Positions 52,873-64,000 of a stretch of DNA of 64,000 nucleotides are shown in pieces; position 1 is the stretch's first letter, and each line of letters begins with the position of its first letter. The stretch lies in assembly GCF_009914755.1 (NCBI RefSeq), contig NC_060925.1; one strand, given 5' to 3'. The translations under genes and the position numbers were made by a program. Origin of the DNA: the human T2T-CHM13v2.0 reference genome, Homo sapiens. The notes under the pieces were generated by a model, which was given only the letters and a program-made list of their open reading frames with translations, ran no database searches and was not told the DNA's origin.

Positions 52873-53158
52873 CTTTGGGAGGCCAAGGCAGGAGGATTGC
52901 TTGAGACCAAGAGGTTGAGACTAGCGTGGGCAACATATCAAGACCCCATCTCTACGAAAAAGCATTTAAAAATTAGACGAGTGTGGTGACACATGCTTGT
53001 AGTCCCAGCTAGTACTCAGAAGGGTGAGGCAGGAGGACCGCTTGAGCCTACTCAGTTTGAGCTATGATCGTACCACTGTGCTCCAACCTGGGTGACAGAG
53101 AGACCTGGGTGACAACCTGGGTGACAACCTGTCTCTAAAGCAAAACAAAAGCAAAGCC
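52873..53158 (+). mobile_element. 5'-truncated AluJ
   Basis: ctttgggaggccaaggcaggaggattgcttgag...; TSD-like aacaattt. Confidence 0.93.
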
Positions 53159-53713
53159 CAAAAATCCCAAACAATTTCTTATTGTTATTGAATAGCCAGT
53201 CAGCATTCAAATTTCCCTAATTATTTCACAATACCTTTTTAGGTTGATTTGTTTGAAGGATCCAAGCAAGGTTCACACGTCACACTTAGTTGATATGGCT
53301 GAGTCTCTTTCAATCTGTTGCTTTCCTCATCCTTCTTTTTGTTGCTATTTTTTGTTTTGTGTTTTCCTTGCAATTTATGAGTTAAAAACAGGTGATTGGT
53401 TCTGTAAAGCTTTCCACATTCTTAATTTTTCTGCATGCAAAATTATGGAACACATTGTGTTTCTTCTACCTCTAGTTTGTCCTGTAAACTGGTAATTAGT
53501 TCTAGTGGTTTGACCGGATTGAATGTTTCACAAGGATACTTCATGGATGATGTTCTGTGCATCCAGCCAGCCTGGTTGTCTTCCTGTTTATGATGTCAGT
53601 AACTATTAAAGAGTATTGCCTGGATTCATTATTTATTAGGGCTACAAAATGGTAATATTCAAATTTTATTCTTCCTTTATTCCAGTCAGCTAGAATATTT
53701 CTTTTATTCTTAA

Positions 53714-54024
53714 TTTTTTTTTTTTTTTTTTTTTTTAGAGATGGGGTCTCACTGTGCCACCCAGGCTGGAGTGCAGTGACACAATCGTAGAATGCTGCAT
53801 GCTTTGACCTCCTGGGCTCAAGCAATCCGCCCACCTCAGCCTCCTGAGTAGTTGAGACTATGGGCATGTGCTACCTGCCACAACTGGCTAATTTTTAAAG
53901 TTTTTGTAGAGGCAGGGTCTTTCTATCTTGCCCAGATTGGTCTTCAACTCTTGGCCTCAAGTGATCCTCCTCCTTCAGCCTCCCAAAGTGCTGGGATTAC
54001 AGGCCTGAGCCACGATGCCTGGCC
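53714..54024 (-). mobile_element. AluJ element
   Basis: T23 tail, agagatggggtctcactg...cctcctgggctcaagcaatcc...gcctggcc. Confidence 0.95.
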
Positions 54025-57000
54025 TGGAATGCTTCTATAAAGAGAAACGTCCCCTCATCAACTATTGGTTCATACAGAAAAGAACAATAAATGCTTAATT
54101 CTTTCCCTTTATGTAACAGTTTTCGGAATGAGTTGATTTTCTTTTATTCTTCAAGGGTGACCAGTGAGGAGGTGGCAATGGTGATTTTTGTGTGTGTGTA
54201 TATCATGAGGAAATCATAGATTCATTCTGTTTTTGGTGTGTTTCAATAAAGTTGTCCCCACTCTTTGTAGTTGGAGCCCTGTTAAGTGGGCAAGTGAGTC
54301 CATTTAAAAGACTCTAATTGTCTTTCTTTCTGGTATAACTAGAGGCTCCAGGCTCATCTTGTGTATTTCCTGCCCCAGACTTAGAATCAGTCATTCTGCC
54401 AAGGAACTCTGGGGTTTTTTTAGGGAAAAATTAGAAACCAAAATCTGAGTGTAAAAAGATTTAAATCCAGAATCCCAAATGTCTACTTCCATTATTAATA
54501 TGCTTATTTATTAAAGGAATATGGTTAACAATCTTTGATAGTCTAAAGCACAGAACCAGTAGCCAGTTGGGGTTGAGGTCAGTGGAAGGAGAAGGACGAC
54601 ATCAAGTCCAGTTTTCCCCTCCACCTTCTCCTACCTTCCCTCACTGTCATCCTCCTATCCCAAGTTTCTGAGCATCATGAGAAGCCAAATGTTTCCCTTT
54701 TCTAAACATAATTGCTACTCATCTATCAGATATAGTTGGGGTGGGAATGAAGTTGGGTGTAGGAAATTGACTAAAGGACCACTGAGAAGAAAATTCCATT
54801 TTTCCCCATTTAAAAACAGTGTTCCTCTTTCTATTTTTCTGCCTTCATTTTTTTTTTTTTTGGATTATGGATACCATTCTTTTGTGTTCAACCCCCAAAA
54901 AGGAATGCAAAACTTTGGTTCCAAGTATAACATATCAGAAACTTATGGAGATGGTGAGGACAGGGACAAGAGTTGGGAGCCACAGCAGTCCTTCTCTATT
55001 TTGACTTGGAGCTGAAAAGAGGGTTTCCAAGAGACCCTGAACTGGCTCTGCTCTGAGTGTGTCTTCACCAACACAGCTGTAGGACTCAACAGGGTGTCAT
55101 TTCCCCAGGGTCAGCAGCGGCATCTCAGATGGAGGGAAAATAGCCACCTCTTCAAGCTGCCTGGAATGATTTTTGTTGTTATTGTTTCAGGGCAAAGCCA
55201 TAATAGCATTTCTGAAAGTGGAGTGGTTACTTCCTTTATTGTTACCCGATATTTCTTAGTTGATTTTTTTCTAGGATGCTTTTCCACAAAACTTACTGTT
55301 CAGAGGGAGACACAATGGAAATCAATTGCTAATTAAATTTGTGTCTAAATTAATAAAACACAACTATTCAGATCATATCTGTCTGAATAATTTCTATTAT
55401 GGTGAACATAATTGTTAGATTCAGCATTTAATGAACCATATTGTTAGGTAAAATTCTTGTGACAATTGGGACTAATAGAATATATTAACCTTTATTCTTC
55501 CCAGCTTGACATTACATTGGACCATGTTAACATGAAAACACCTGGAAGAGTTTCATTGTTATGTAGCCATTGTGACTCTCCTGGCCCTCTGATAGAGCCC
55601 GTGAGGCTTTGGGAAATCAGTGATGTTTGATGTTTGTCAATGGGTGTCCTTATCTACAATAGTTTTTAGGGCCTTGGTTCTATGTGCACGTGTCTTCATG
55701 AAATGGAAACTCTACTATGCTCAGCAGCTGGAAAGCACCATCAAATGTTGACAGTTTCCTTGGAGCACCCATGTAGAGCATATTCTAGGTTTTGGGCCCC
55801 AGGAGATGAGTATGAAGTGGAATGGCTATAGAAAAAAATTAACATGAATCTTTTCCCTGGGGAGTACACAATCTAATAGAGAAAACAGAAGAGCTTTATA
55901 AGTAAGTATAAAGGACATCCATGCCAAAGAAATCTAAGTATATTCAACTAAAAGTAGTTTTATGGACCTATTCTGATGTGTGACTCTAAAGTTTGGCAAT
56001 TTATTTCTCAGAATATATTCATATCAGAAGGTAAACATCCCCTTGAATGTTATCTCCTTCAAGACATCAGCATAGCAGTCCATGCTGGTGCTTTGGGGAC
56101 ACCTATTCCAATGAACTGTGCTTTGGGAGATGTCTTCAGAGTCTGGCATCTGCCGTTTTAAATGCCTAGTATAAAACATCTGCCTTGCCTTTGTAACAGG
56201 GAAAATGACCCTTGTTCACAGAACAAAGAAAGATTGGGCAATGTTACATTTAAGGGTGAAGGCCAGACCCCCTTTTCCACCTGTGAACCAATCAGTCTGG
56301 CAATGGCAAAAGCCAACACCAACCAAGCTTCCCTTGATGCTCATAGTCAGGCCAGTAGCTGACCTCACTGTTCTCTCATCAGTCACAACACACACACCAG
56401 CACTTTGTGCAAAATCTGCTATCCCCCAATAGTGGACAGGTATCTTTTCCATTTTGCATTAGCTATAAAACTGACCCCAATAAACCACAGTAGGCATGAA
56501 GTCACTTTCCCTCAACTTAGTTCCTGACTTCTCTTTCTTGCCAATGTGAGGGGGGTGAGATGAAGTGGGAGTATGTACCCCAGGACATCAACTGCATAGC
56601 AGTGACTCTCTGCTGAAGTCACTGCAGGTTGGCACTCACCTCTCTTTATCTGGAGATGGGTATGGGATTTACTTTTGCTTTAAGCAAATTCCTAGGAGGG
56701 AAACTAAACCCAAGTGATTTATAGGGAAGGGAGTAGGACAAATAGCCCTAAAACATCCAACCTCCCACCCGCCAAGTCCAACAATCTTGGGATATTTGCG
56801 GAAGTCCACGTTAGGTTTGTGAATACTACTTAGGACTTTCAATCCTCTACTGCATGTAACCATTTTAGATTATGGTCTAAAATAACTCAGTATCCCCAAA
56901 CCACTCAGGATTCATTTCGAGAAGTTTTCATAGACAAGGTAGCAGAGGTTTGAAGAATTGGAATCTAGCAGGCAAGAGTGGGAAGTGCATTTCAGAAGAG

Positions 57001-58020
57001 GGGCATGGAACTAGATCTGCCTGAGTGGATAATGAAGGAGTCACTGACCTTAGACCTGTTGTCAGGTTTGGAGGCAGTTGCCCTCCAGCCCGAATCTAAG
57101 AACCAAGCACTTCCCTCTCTCTCCTTAAGGAAGAGCTAGGAGATACCCAGCTGCTTCTCCAAAGCTGGTCTTCTAGGCTGCGATTTCCTCTCCCTTTGTT
57201 ATCTCTCATTTGCCTTCCCAGCAGTCTGTCCTTGGGCCTCTGACTAATTTTAGCTCAACTGTTCCTGGGTTCGGGGGTAGATGGAGCAACTGCTCCTATC
57301 GGTCTGCCTGGGGTTGCTCGGTGGATGTCAGCCATGAGCTGGGCTCTCCTTGGCCCGGATCCCAGTTCCCAAGCAGAGCTGAGCCTGGAGACAGCCAGCG
57401 GAAGGGACCTGAAGCTTGCAGCGAACTGGTGCTCTAAGTCCTGGTTTCTGAGGGTGGACACAAGGCTATTTCATGTGTTTGATTATAGGAGTGGAGAGAG
57501 GGACAGGGAAAAATCCATTCCTGAAAATAGTGCAGGTTTGAAGATGATGTTCTCCCAGCTGCTTTTTCAAAGCCATCAGAAATGGCATATGGGAGGTGGG
57601 AAAATGAGGTGCAATTTATCAAGCAGGCTGAAGGGGACCTTTCCAGGACACAGTAGGTATTTCTGTTTGGGTGCAAAAATATTTAGTTTTGAAATTATTA
57701 AACAACATCATCTTGGTGATTTCGTCTTTTTGGTAATCTGAGCAGAGCGCATATGTATCTGTGTCTGCAAATTACTTTGGAAAATGCATATTATTTACTT
57801 GTTCTGAACAGGCTCTTAGGCTCGGTTGTCTAAATAGGAAATTTGGATCTAATAAAATGAGGCTATTACAGACTCCCAGGCAAATAATAACAAAGGCTAA
57901 TACCTTTAAAAATTCAAATTAAAAAAAAAGGTCACTGGTTAGCTATGAGGACAAAGTTCAATATAAAACTTCACAACTAATTTCTGTCTTTCCCCATTCT
58001 CTCCCTTTAACAACATCAAG

Positions 58021-58195
58021 GCAAGACCCTGGATACAAGAGAGTTCCTTCCCGACCCCCAGCTCTGAGAAACAGCTGAGGCCTCTAAGCATCATTACCAA
58101 GAATGTCTTCCATAAGTGGGGCCTCACGGAAGCTGTGAGGAGGAACAACTGGATATATTCTGAGCATTGATTCTGGAAGCATTTGTGCTGGCAAA
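58021..58195 (+). other. Candidate internal exon of a non-coding transcript (175 nt)
   Basis: CTAAT branch-like site near 57977, polypyrimidine tract 57981-58008, first downstream AG at 58019-58020, donor AAA|GTGAGT at 58196; no recognisable protein. Confidence 0.4.
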
Positions 58196-59140
58196 GTGAG
58201 TGATTGCGGGGCCGTTTTATTGGACATGTACTTTGGGGAAGCACGGGGCCGTGCCATCTTGGACAGACTTCTTACCCCGGCACTGTGGGAACCTGTGAGG
58301 TACACAGTGGTGTCTGACTTGGAGAAGATTTTTGCCATGGGCCTCCTTTCCCCACTCACCAGACTTTGGTGCAATTTTCCAAATGTAGTCATCAGTCTAC
58401 CTCAGGGGTCCAGAAGCTCGACTTTTCTTCATTTGTCCCCCCTTTCAAAGGCATATTTACTAAGAGGGGCTTGCATAATCTTTTTTTCTTTCTTGAAATT
58501 TCTGTTGCATTGAAACATCTATAGCTTGGGTGCGTGCTGTGCCCTGCTCTTCTCTTCTCTGGACCTGGGTTTTATCATCTGCAAACTAAGCAGAGGCAGC
58601 TTTTCTTTCTCTCAGAAGTCTCATGTGAAATTTCAATGGGTAAAAGAACATGCCGGTGGAGCTGCCTGGCTACATCCAGTGAGGAGTGCCCCTCCCACCC
58701 CACGTCCCTCCCGCTGCCTCTCCCTCAGTCTCTTCGGGGGCCCCCAATGTCCACGAGGCCATGAAAGTTCAGGGTTCCATGGGTCACTGTTTGAGCTTCC
58801 AGGACTAGATGACTGCCAAGTCTTTCAAGCTCTAGAGTTTGGAGGTTCTAGCTATTTCACCGGGAAATGGCCATCTTTGGCCTCCATATTGGCTCTGATG
58901 TGTATGGCGGAAAAGAGATGGTGGGGCCTCTTGCTTTTACCCTTTTGCTAGTTTACCCTCTTCAGACAGAAAGTTTGAAACCTTGGAGTCTCCTAAGCCA
59001 GTCTATTGAAACTGTACACTTGGGGGAATCTTCTCCCACATGGCATATTCCCCATTGCAGTGGAGTGGCCTGGGGCAACATCCACATCTTTTCCCTGGAG
59101 AGGGCCCTCAGCAGTGCCTCATCTCTGCGGCCCACAGTGG

Positions 59141-59175
59141 CTGGTGTGACTGGTGTGACTGGTGTGACTGGTGTG
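59141..59175. repeat. 9-bp tandem repeat (CTGGTGTGA) x3.9
   Basis: ctggtgtgactggtgtgactggtgtgactggtgtg. Confidence 0.95.
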
Positions 59176-60289
59176 CTTTGAGGAGTGTCAGGATGCTGAG
59201 AGAGAGGCCCTCAGGAAACACCCAGCAAAGAAGCAGACCTCACTTTCTGGAAACCTCCCCGGCTGTAAACCTCAGGCATCCTCCTTGGAGGATTGAAAAG
59301 ACCGGTATTCCCCAGGAGGATCTTGACTGGGCTTGGCCCCCTGCTTGGTCACATGACGTGCTGGCTGCTTTCCTCTGGAGCCCTTGTTTCCTAAATGATA
59401 GTGGATGAGAGATCAAATCTGTCCCACACAGGTAGTCGTTGCCATCTTAATATTTGTTAAGCTTTTTGATTTAGTGAGGAGTTAAAGTCATATCAGGTCA
59501 CAAAACTGCACATTAGATCTGCTTCATGAAACACTCTGAGTGAATGGTTTAACTCATTTATTTCACCAGCTTTAAACCAATGTAGCTGAAGAATTGCACC
59601 TCCCCTTTATAAATCTTTCCATTTATTTCTGACTCAGGTTTATGGGGAGGGTGAAGACCTAGCCTGTTCAGCCGTTTCACCCATGCCATAGAAACCTGAC
59701 ATGCTCTGCTTACAATGGTGAACAAGCCCAGCTCACACATGTTTTAACTCAGCCAGAGAAATTTCACCCAGGAAGCTGGAGGAATGTGCTTTGCAGAGAG
59801 GACTTCTATGGTGTTGGAGACTCACCTGTTCCTTACCCTTTTCTCTCTTCTGACTGTTGCCCTTGTGCTATTTTCCTGTTTGCTGCTTTCACTCCACCAA
59901 GTCCAACTAATTGAAGGGAAATTTAACCATCAGAGGATTTACAGAGAATCATTGCAGTTTGCTGTAAGAGACAGGGCTTAGACTTACATAATAGGGTTTA
60001 GGACCCATGTAAATTAGGTCAAGAAGAATCCACGTTGTGGCCATTCTCAATTCAACTCCATTTCTTATTCTTCCTCAGGAAAGCAAATTTCCAAAGAGGG
60101 ACACAATTACTCTCAGCATCTTTGGCAATCCCACTGGGTGGTGGTGAGACCTTCCCCCTGATGAAAGATCCCAGTGTCATTCTGAATGACTTAGTGGTGC
60201 TGAACTTGGCAAGGACAAACCCTCTGTGGCTGCCTCACCTGTTCCTAATGTGGTCTAATGTAGGGCCAGGACACAGGCTCTTCATATTT

Positions 60290-63200
60290 CTATTTTTTAA
60301 GATATTTAAAGTTTTATTTATGATCTAATATAACTTTTTAAAAATGTTCCAAGGATATTTGAAAAGCATAAGTATTCTGTTTTACAAAGTTCAAAATCTT
60401 TTTATTAAATCGGGCTTGCAATGGAGATCTTCAAATCTGTTATACCCTTATTTTTTTTTTTTATCTATTTCATCTATTGATTTTTTTGAAAGGCAAGTTA
60501 AAATCTCCCACTATTGTAGTCTTCTTAGCATTTTGTTATATTTCTAATAGATTTTACTTTATACATTTCTCTGAGGTTTTAGAAGTGTAAATGTTTATGA
60601 TCCTATCTTTGTGAATTGTACCTTTCATCACTGTAAATATCAATCTTTGTTTTTTAAAATTTGTAGTTACTGATCTATATTTCTGATATGTTTTTCTTTA
60701 AAACATTTTATATGAAAGTGAAAAACAAAAAGCAAGCCACAAAGGTTAATATAATAAAACCCAGATACCATCCAAAGTGAAGAAATGTTAACACTTTTCG
60801 TACTTCAGATTTTTAAAAAATTAATAAGCTTTTTAAAAGCAGTTTTAGGTTCACAGCAAAATTGAGTCAGAGGTACAGGGATATCCCCTCTCCCTGCATG
60901 TATAATTCCCTCTGTCATTCACATCTTGTGTCACTGTGATACATGTTTTATAATCAATGGGTTAATATCAACACATTATTACCAACCAAAGTCTATTGTT
61001 TACATTAGGGTTCACTCTTGGTGGTGTATATTCTATGGGTTTGGACAAATGTATAACATGTATCCATCGTTATAGCATCATACAGAGTAGTTTCACAGCC
61101 CTAAAAAATCCTCTGCGCTCTGCCTATTCATCCCTTCTTCCCTCTAACCCCGATCTTTTTACCATCTCCATAGTTTTGCCTTTTCCAGAATGTCTGAATA
61201 GTTAGAATCAAACAGTATACAGCCTTTTCAGATTAGCTTCTTTTACTTAGTTATATGCATTTGTTTCCTCCATGTCTTTTTATGACTGGATAGCTCATTT
61301 CTTTTTAGTGCTGAGTAATATTCCATTGTCCGAATGTACCACACTTTATCCATTCACTGATTATAGGACATCTTGATTGCTTCCAAGTTTTGGTAGTTGT
61401 AATTAAGCTGTTATAAATAACCTTCTGCTAGTTTTTGTATGGATATAATTTTTTAACTCATTTGGATAAATATCAAGGAGTGCACTTGCCAGATTTTATG
61501 ATAAAAGTGTGTTTAGTTTTGCAAAAAAAATTGTCAAACCATCTTCCAAAGTGGCTGACTGTACCATTTGCATTCCCATGAACAAATGAGTGAAAGTTCT
61601 TGTTGCTCCAAAGCCTCACCAGTATTTGGTGCTGTCAGTGGATTATGGCCATTTTAATGGATGTATAGTGGTATCTCATTGTTGTTTTAATTTCTAATTT
61701 CTTAATTATGTATGATGCTAAGCATCTGTTCATATGCTTATTTACCATTTGTGTATCTTCTTTGGCAAGGTGTCTGCTCAGATCTTTTGCCCATTAAAAT
61801 AAATTTTTGTTGAGTTTTAAGAGTTCTTTGTATATTTTAGAAGACAATCTTTTATCAGATATAGCTTTTGTAAATATTTTCTTCTAGTCTGCAGCAGATT
61901 TGGTGTTTAAAGGATAAAATATCACGGATGAAGTTTAAATCCCCTATAGTTTCTTCTGTAGTCCAATTCCCTTCTATTTCTCTTCAGAGGGAACAATTCT
62001 CATGAATTTGATGAGTATTCAGTCTAGACGTTTAAATATTTACTTATTTTATATATTTTATATTTTGTAATCACTAATAGTCATTTTGTGCATGAAAAAT
62101 GACTTAAAAGGTCTCATACTGCAAATTACATTTTTCAAGACTTCATTCTCTGTTTTTAAAAATTCTATGCCTGATAATACATATAGATTTACTTATTTAA
62201 TATATTCTATCACCTGAATATATCACACTTCATATCCACTCCCTTATGTTGGGCATGTGAATTCTTTTTAACTTTTTGTACTTATTAACGAAGCTTCAGT
62301 GTCTCATTGTGCTTGTATGAGAGGGATTCTGTAGTATATGAAACTAGAAGTGGAATTTCTGAGTTACAAGATTTGCAGAGTATCTAGCTGCACTAGATAT
62401 TACCAAATTTATCTTCAATGTGATTGTGTCAATTTACACAAGTGGTGTGTGAAATTTCTATTTTGTCATATTCTTACCAGTAATTGGTGTGGTTAGGCTT
62501 TTACATTTTGGTTAGTCTAAGGGTGGAAACTGGCATCTTGTTGTGTTTTCGTTTGTTTTTCTAAACTGCATCTCTCCGATTACTTTCGAGGCAAAATACT
62601 TGTATATATTGGTCGTTTTCTCATTTGTTAACTGCCTGTTTTCTATGGTGCTGTTTATTTTTATTGATTTATAGGAGTTATTCATGTATTTTGAATATGA
62701 CTTTTTGTTGTCAGAGATGATGTTAAAAATATGAAACAAAAAGAACTGAAACATCAGTACAGCATGAGTAATCACCAATCAAAATAAATGCCATATCCAG
62801 TTAGAACAAACTGAATTCACAAAGATGTTCTTTTATTTTTTCTTCTAACATTATAGAAATTTGTTTCTTTACATTTAGATATTTAATTAAATAGAATTTT
62901 TTACATATAATGGGAGAAATAGGATCTTTAAAAAAAATAGTCTATTTTTCCAATCTCACCTAATGGTTTGTTATTTCTCTACTAATTTTTATGCCTCCTC
63001 TATTTTATACAAAGGTACCCTGTAAATTGGGTATGTTTCTGGTGTTCCTAATTTATTCCATTGATTTGTCTGTTTCTCTGCCAATAACATACTGCCTTTT
63101 ATTGTTAAGCCACAATTTTATAAAGAATTTTGATTTTTCATAGAGGAATCTTCTTTGTTCTTTTTCTGAAATATCTTACTCATTTGTGGACATTCATTGT

Positions 63201-64000
63201 CCTGCATAAATTTTAGAATAGTGTTTAAATTTCCAGGAAACATTCTGTTGGCATTTTGATTGGAATTACATTGAATTTAAAGAATAATTTGAAGAGGAGC
63301 ATTTTCTGATATTTAGTTTTCCTCTCCATGATCGTGGTCATGATCTCTCATCATTTATTCCAGTTTTATTTTTATGTTCTTTAATAATGCTTTATGTATT
63401 TCTCCCCCTAAAGTTTTACATGTGGTTTGTTAGATTCACTTTGGTAGTGACCTGTTGTTAAGATTCTGTGCATTTTTGATGCAATTGTGAATTCTGTCTT
63501 GTTTTTGGTTACATTTTCCAATTGGTTATCACTTGTGGTCAAACGCTATTGATTTTTGTGTGCTTATCATACACCTAGCAATCTTGATGTACTTATCAGT
63601 TCTAATAGTTTATCTGCAAATAATGACAATTTTGTTTCATTCTTGTCTTATTGCTTTGGCTAAGACTTAATATCAGGATACAATTATAAAGGAAGGACTA
63701 AAAGGAAATTTTCTTGATCTGATAAAGGTCATATACCAAAAATTACAGCACATATCACTTTTAATGGTAAAACTTTGTAGTAAAATTTTTGATGCTTTTC
63801 TATTAAAGTCAGGAAAAAAAGTCTCCATTCTATCTCCTACTATTCCATATTATACAGTAAGTAGCCTTTTTGGCAGATAGGTTCTTATCAGGTTAAGGGA
63901 ATTCCTTTCTATTTCTAGATAGCTAAAAATCTTTTGTGAATGGTGTTTAATGTTATAAAATTCATATTCTGTATGTGTTGAGATAACTATGCATATTATT
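60290..64000 (-). mobile_element. Degraded L1ME-like cluster
   Basis: Antisense L1 motifs: ttaaaatctcccactattg, ctagaagtggaatttctgag, ggcattttgattggaattacattgaattta, atctgcaaataatgacaatttt. Confidence 0.75.
60810..61893 (-). mobile_element. L1MC1-like 3' end nested in the older L1 cluster
   Basis: gcagttttaggttcacagcaaaattgag...tacattagggttcactcttggtggtgtatattctatgggtttggacaaatgta; TSD-like cagattt. Confidence 0.85.

Larger units (their letters stand above)
52460..54455 (-). mobile_element. L1MC4/5-like 3' end containing a MER96-like hAT MITE (about 52571-52735) and two Alus
   Basis: taccattatcacacttaaaa, tttcctgccccagacttagaatcagtcattctgccaagga; MITE ends agggctaggactagg / gccctg. Confidence 0.7.

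Overview
Primate (human-like) non-coding DNA with no intact protein-coding gene that I can support. Much of the window is interspersed repeat: 11 Alus (J, S and Y types), L1 fragments of many ages, MaLR/ERVL LTRs, hAT and Tigger DNA transposons, MIR and L2. A decayed processed RPL31 pseudogene lies on the minus strand (about 11758-12190), directly abutting a ~330-bp polypyrimidine/polypurine microsatellite where its poly(A) tail should be. Repeat-free blocks rich in homeodomain, SOX, FOX, octamer and NFI-like motifs resemble enhancers of a developmental-gene neighbourhood. The most notable observation is a diverged, collinear ~170-185 bp direct duplication of unique sequence (6908-7074 and 8710-8893), a candidate pair of paralogous regulatory modules. 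Other points: two twin-primed (5'-inverted) L1s, an apparently twin-primed Alu, a four-layer transposon nest, a ~55-bp short duplication, and a minus-strand bias of L1/LTR elements plus exon-like signals that suggest a plus-strand long non-coding transcript. Repeat subfamily calls are from recalled consensus sequences and are approximate. I cannot name the locus.
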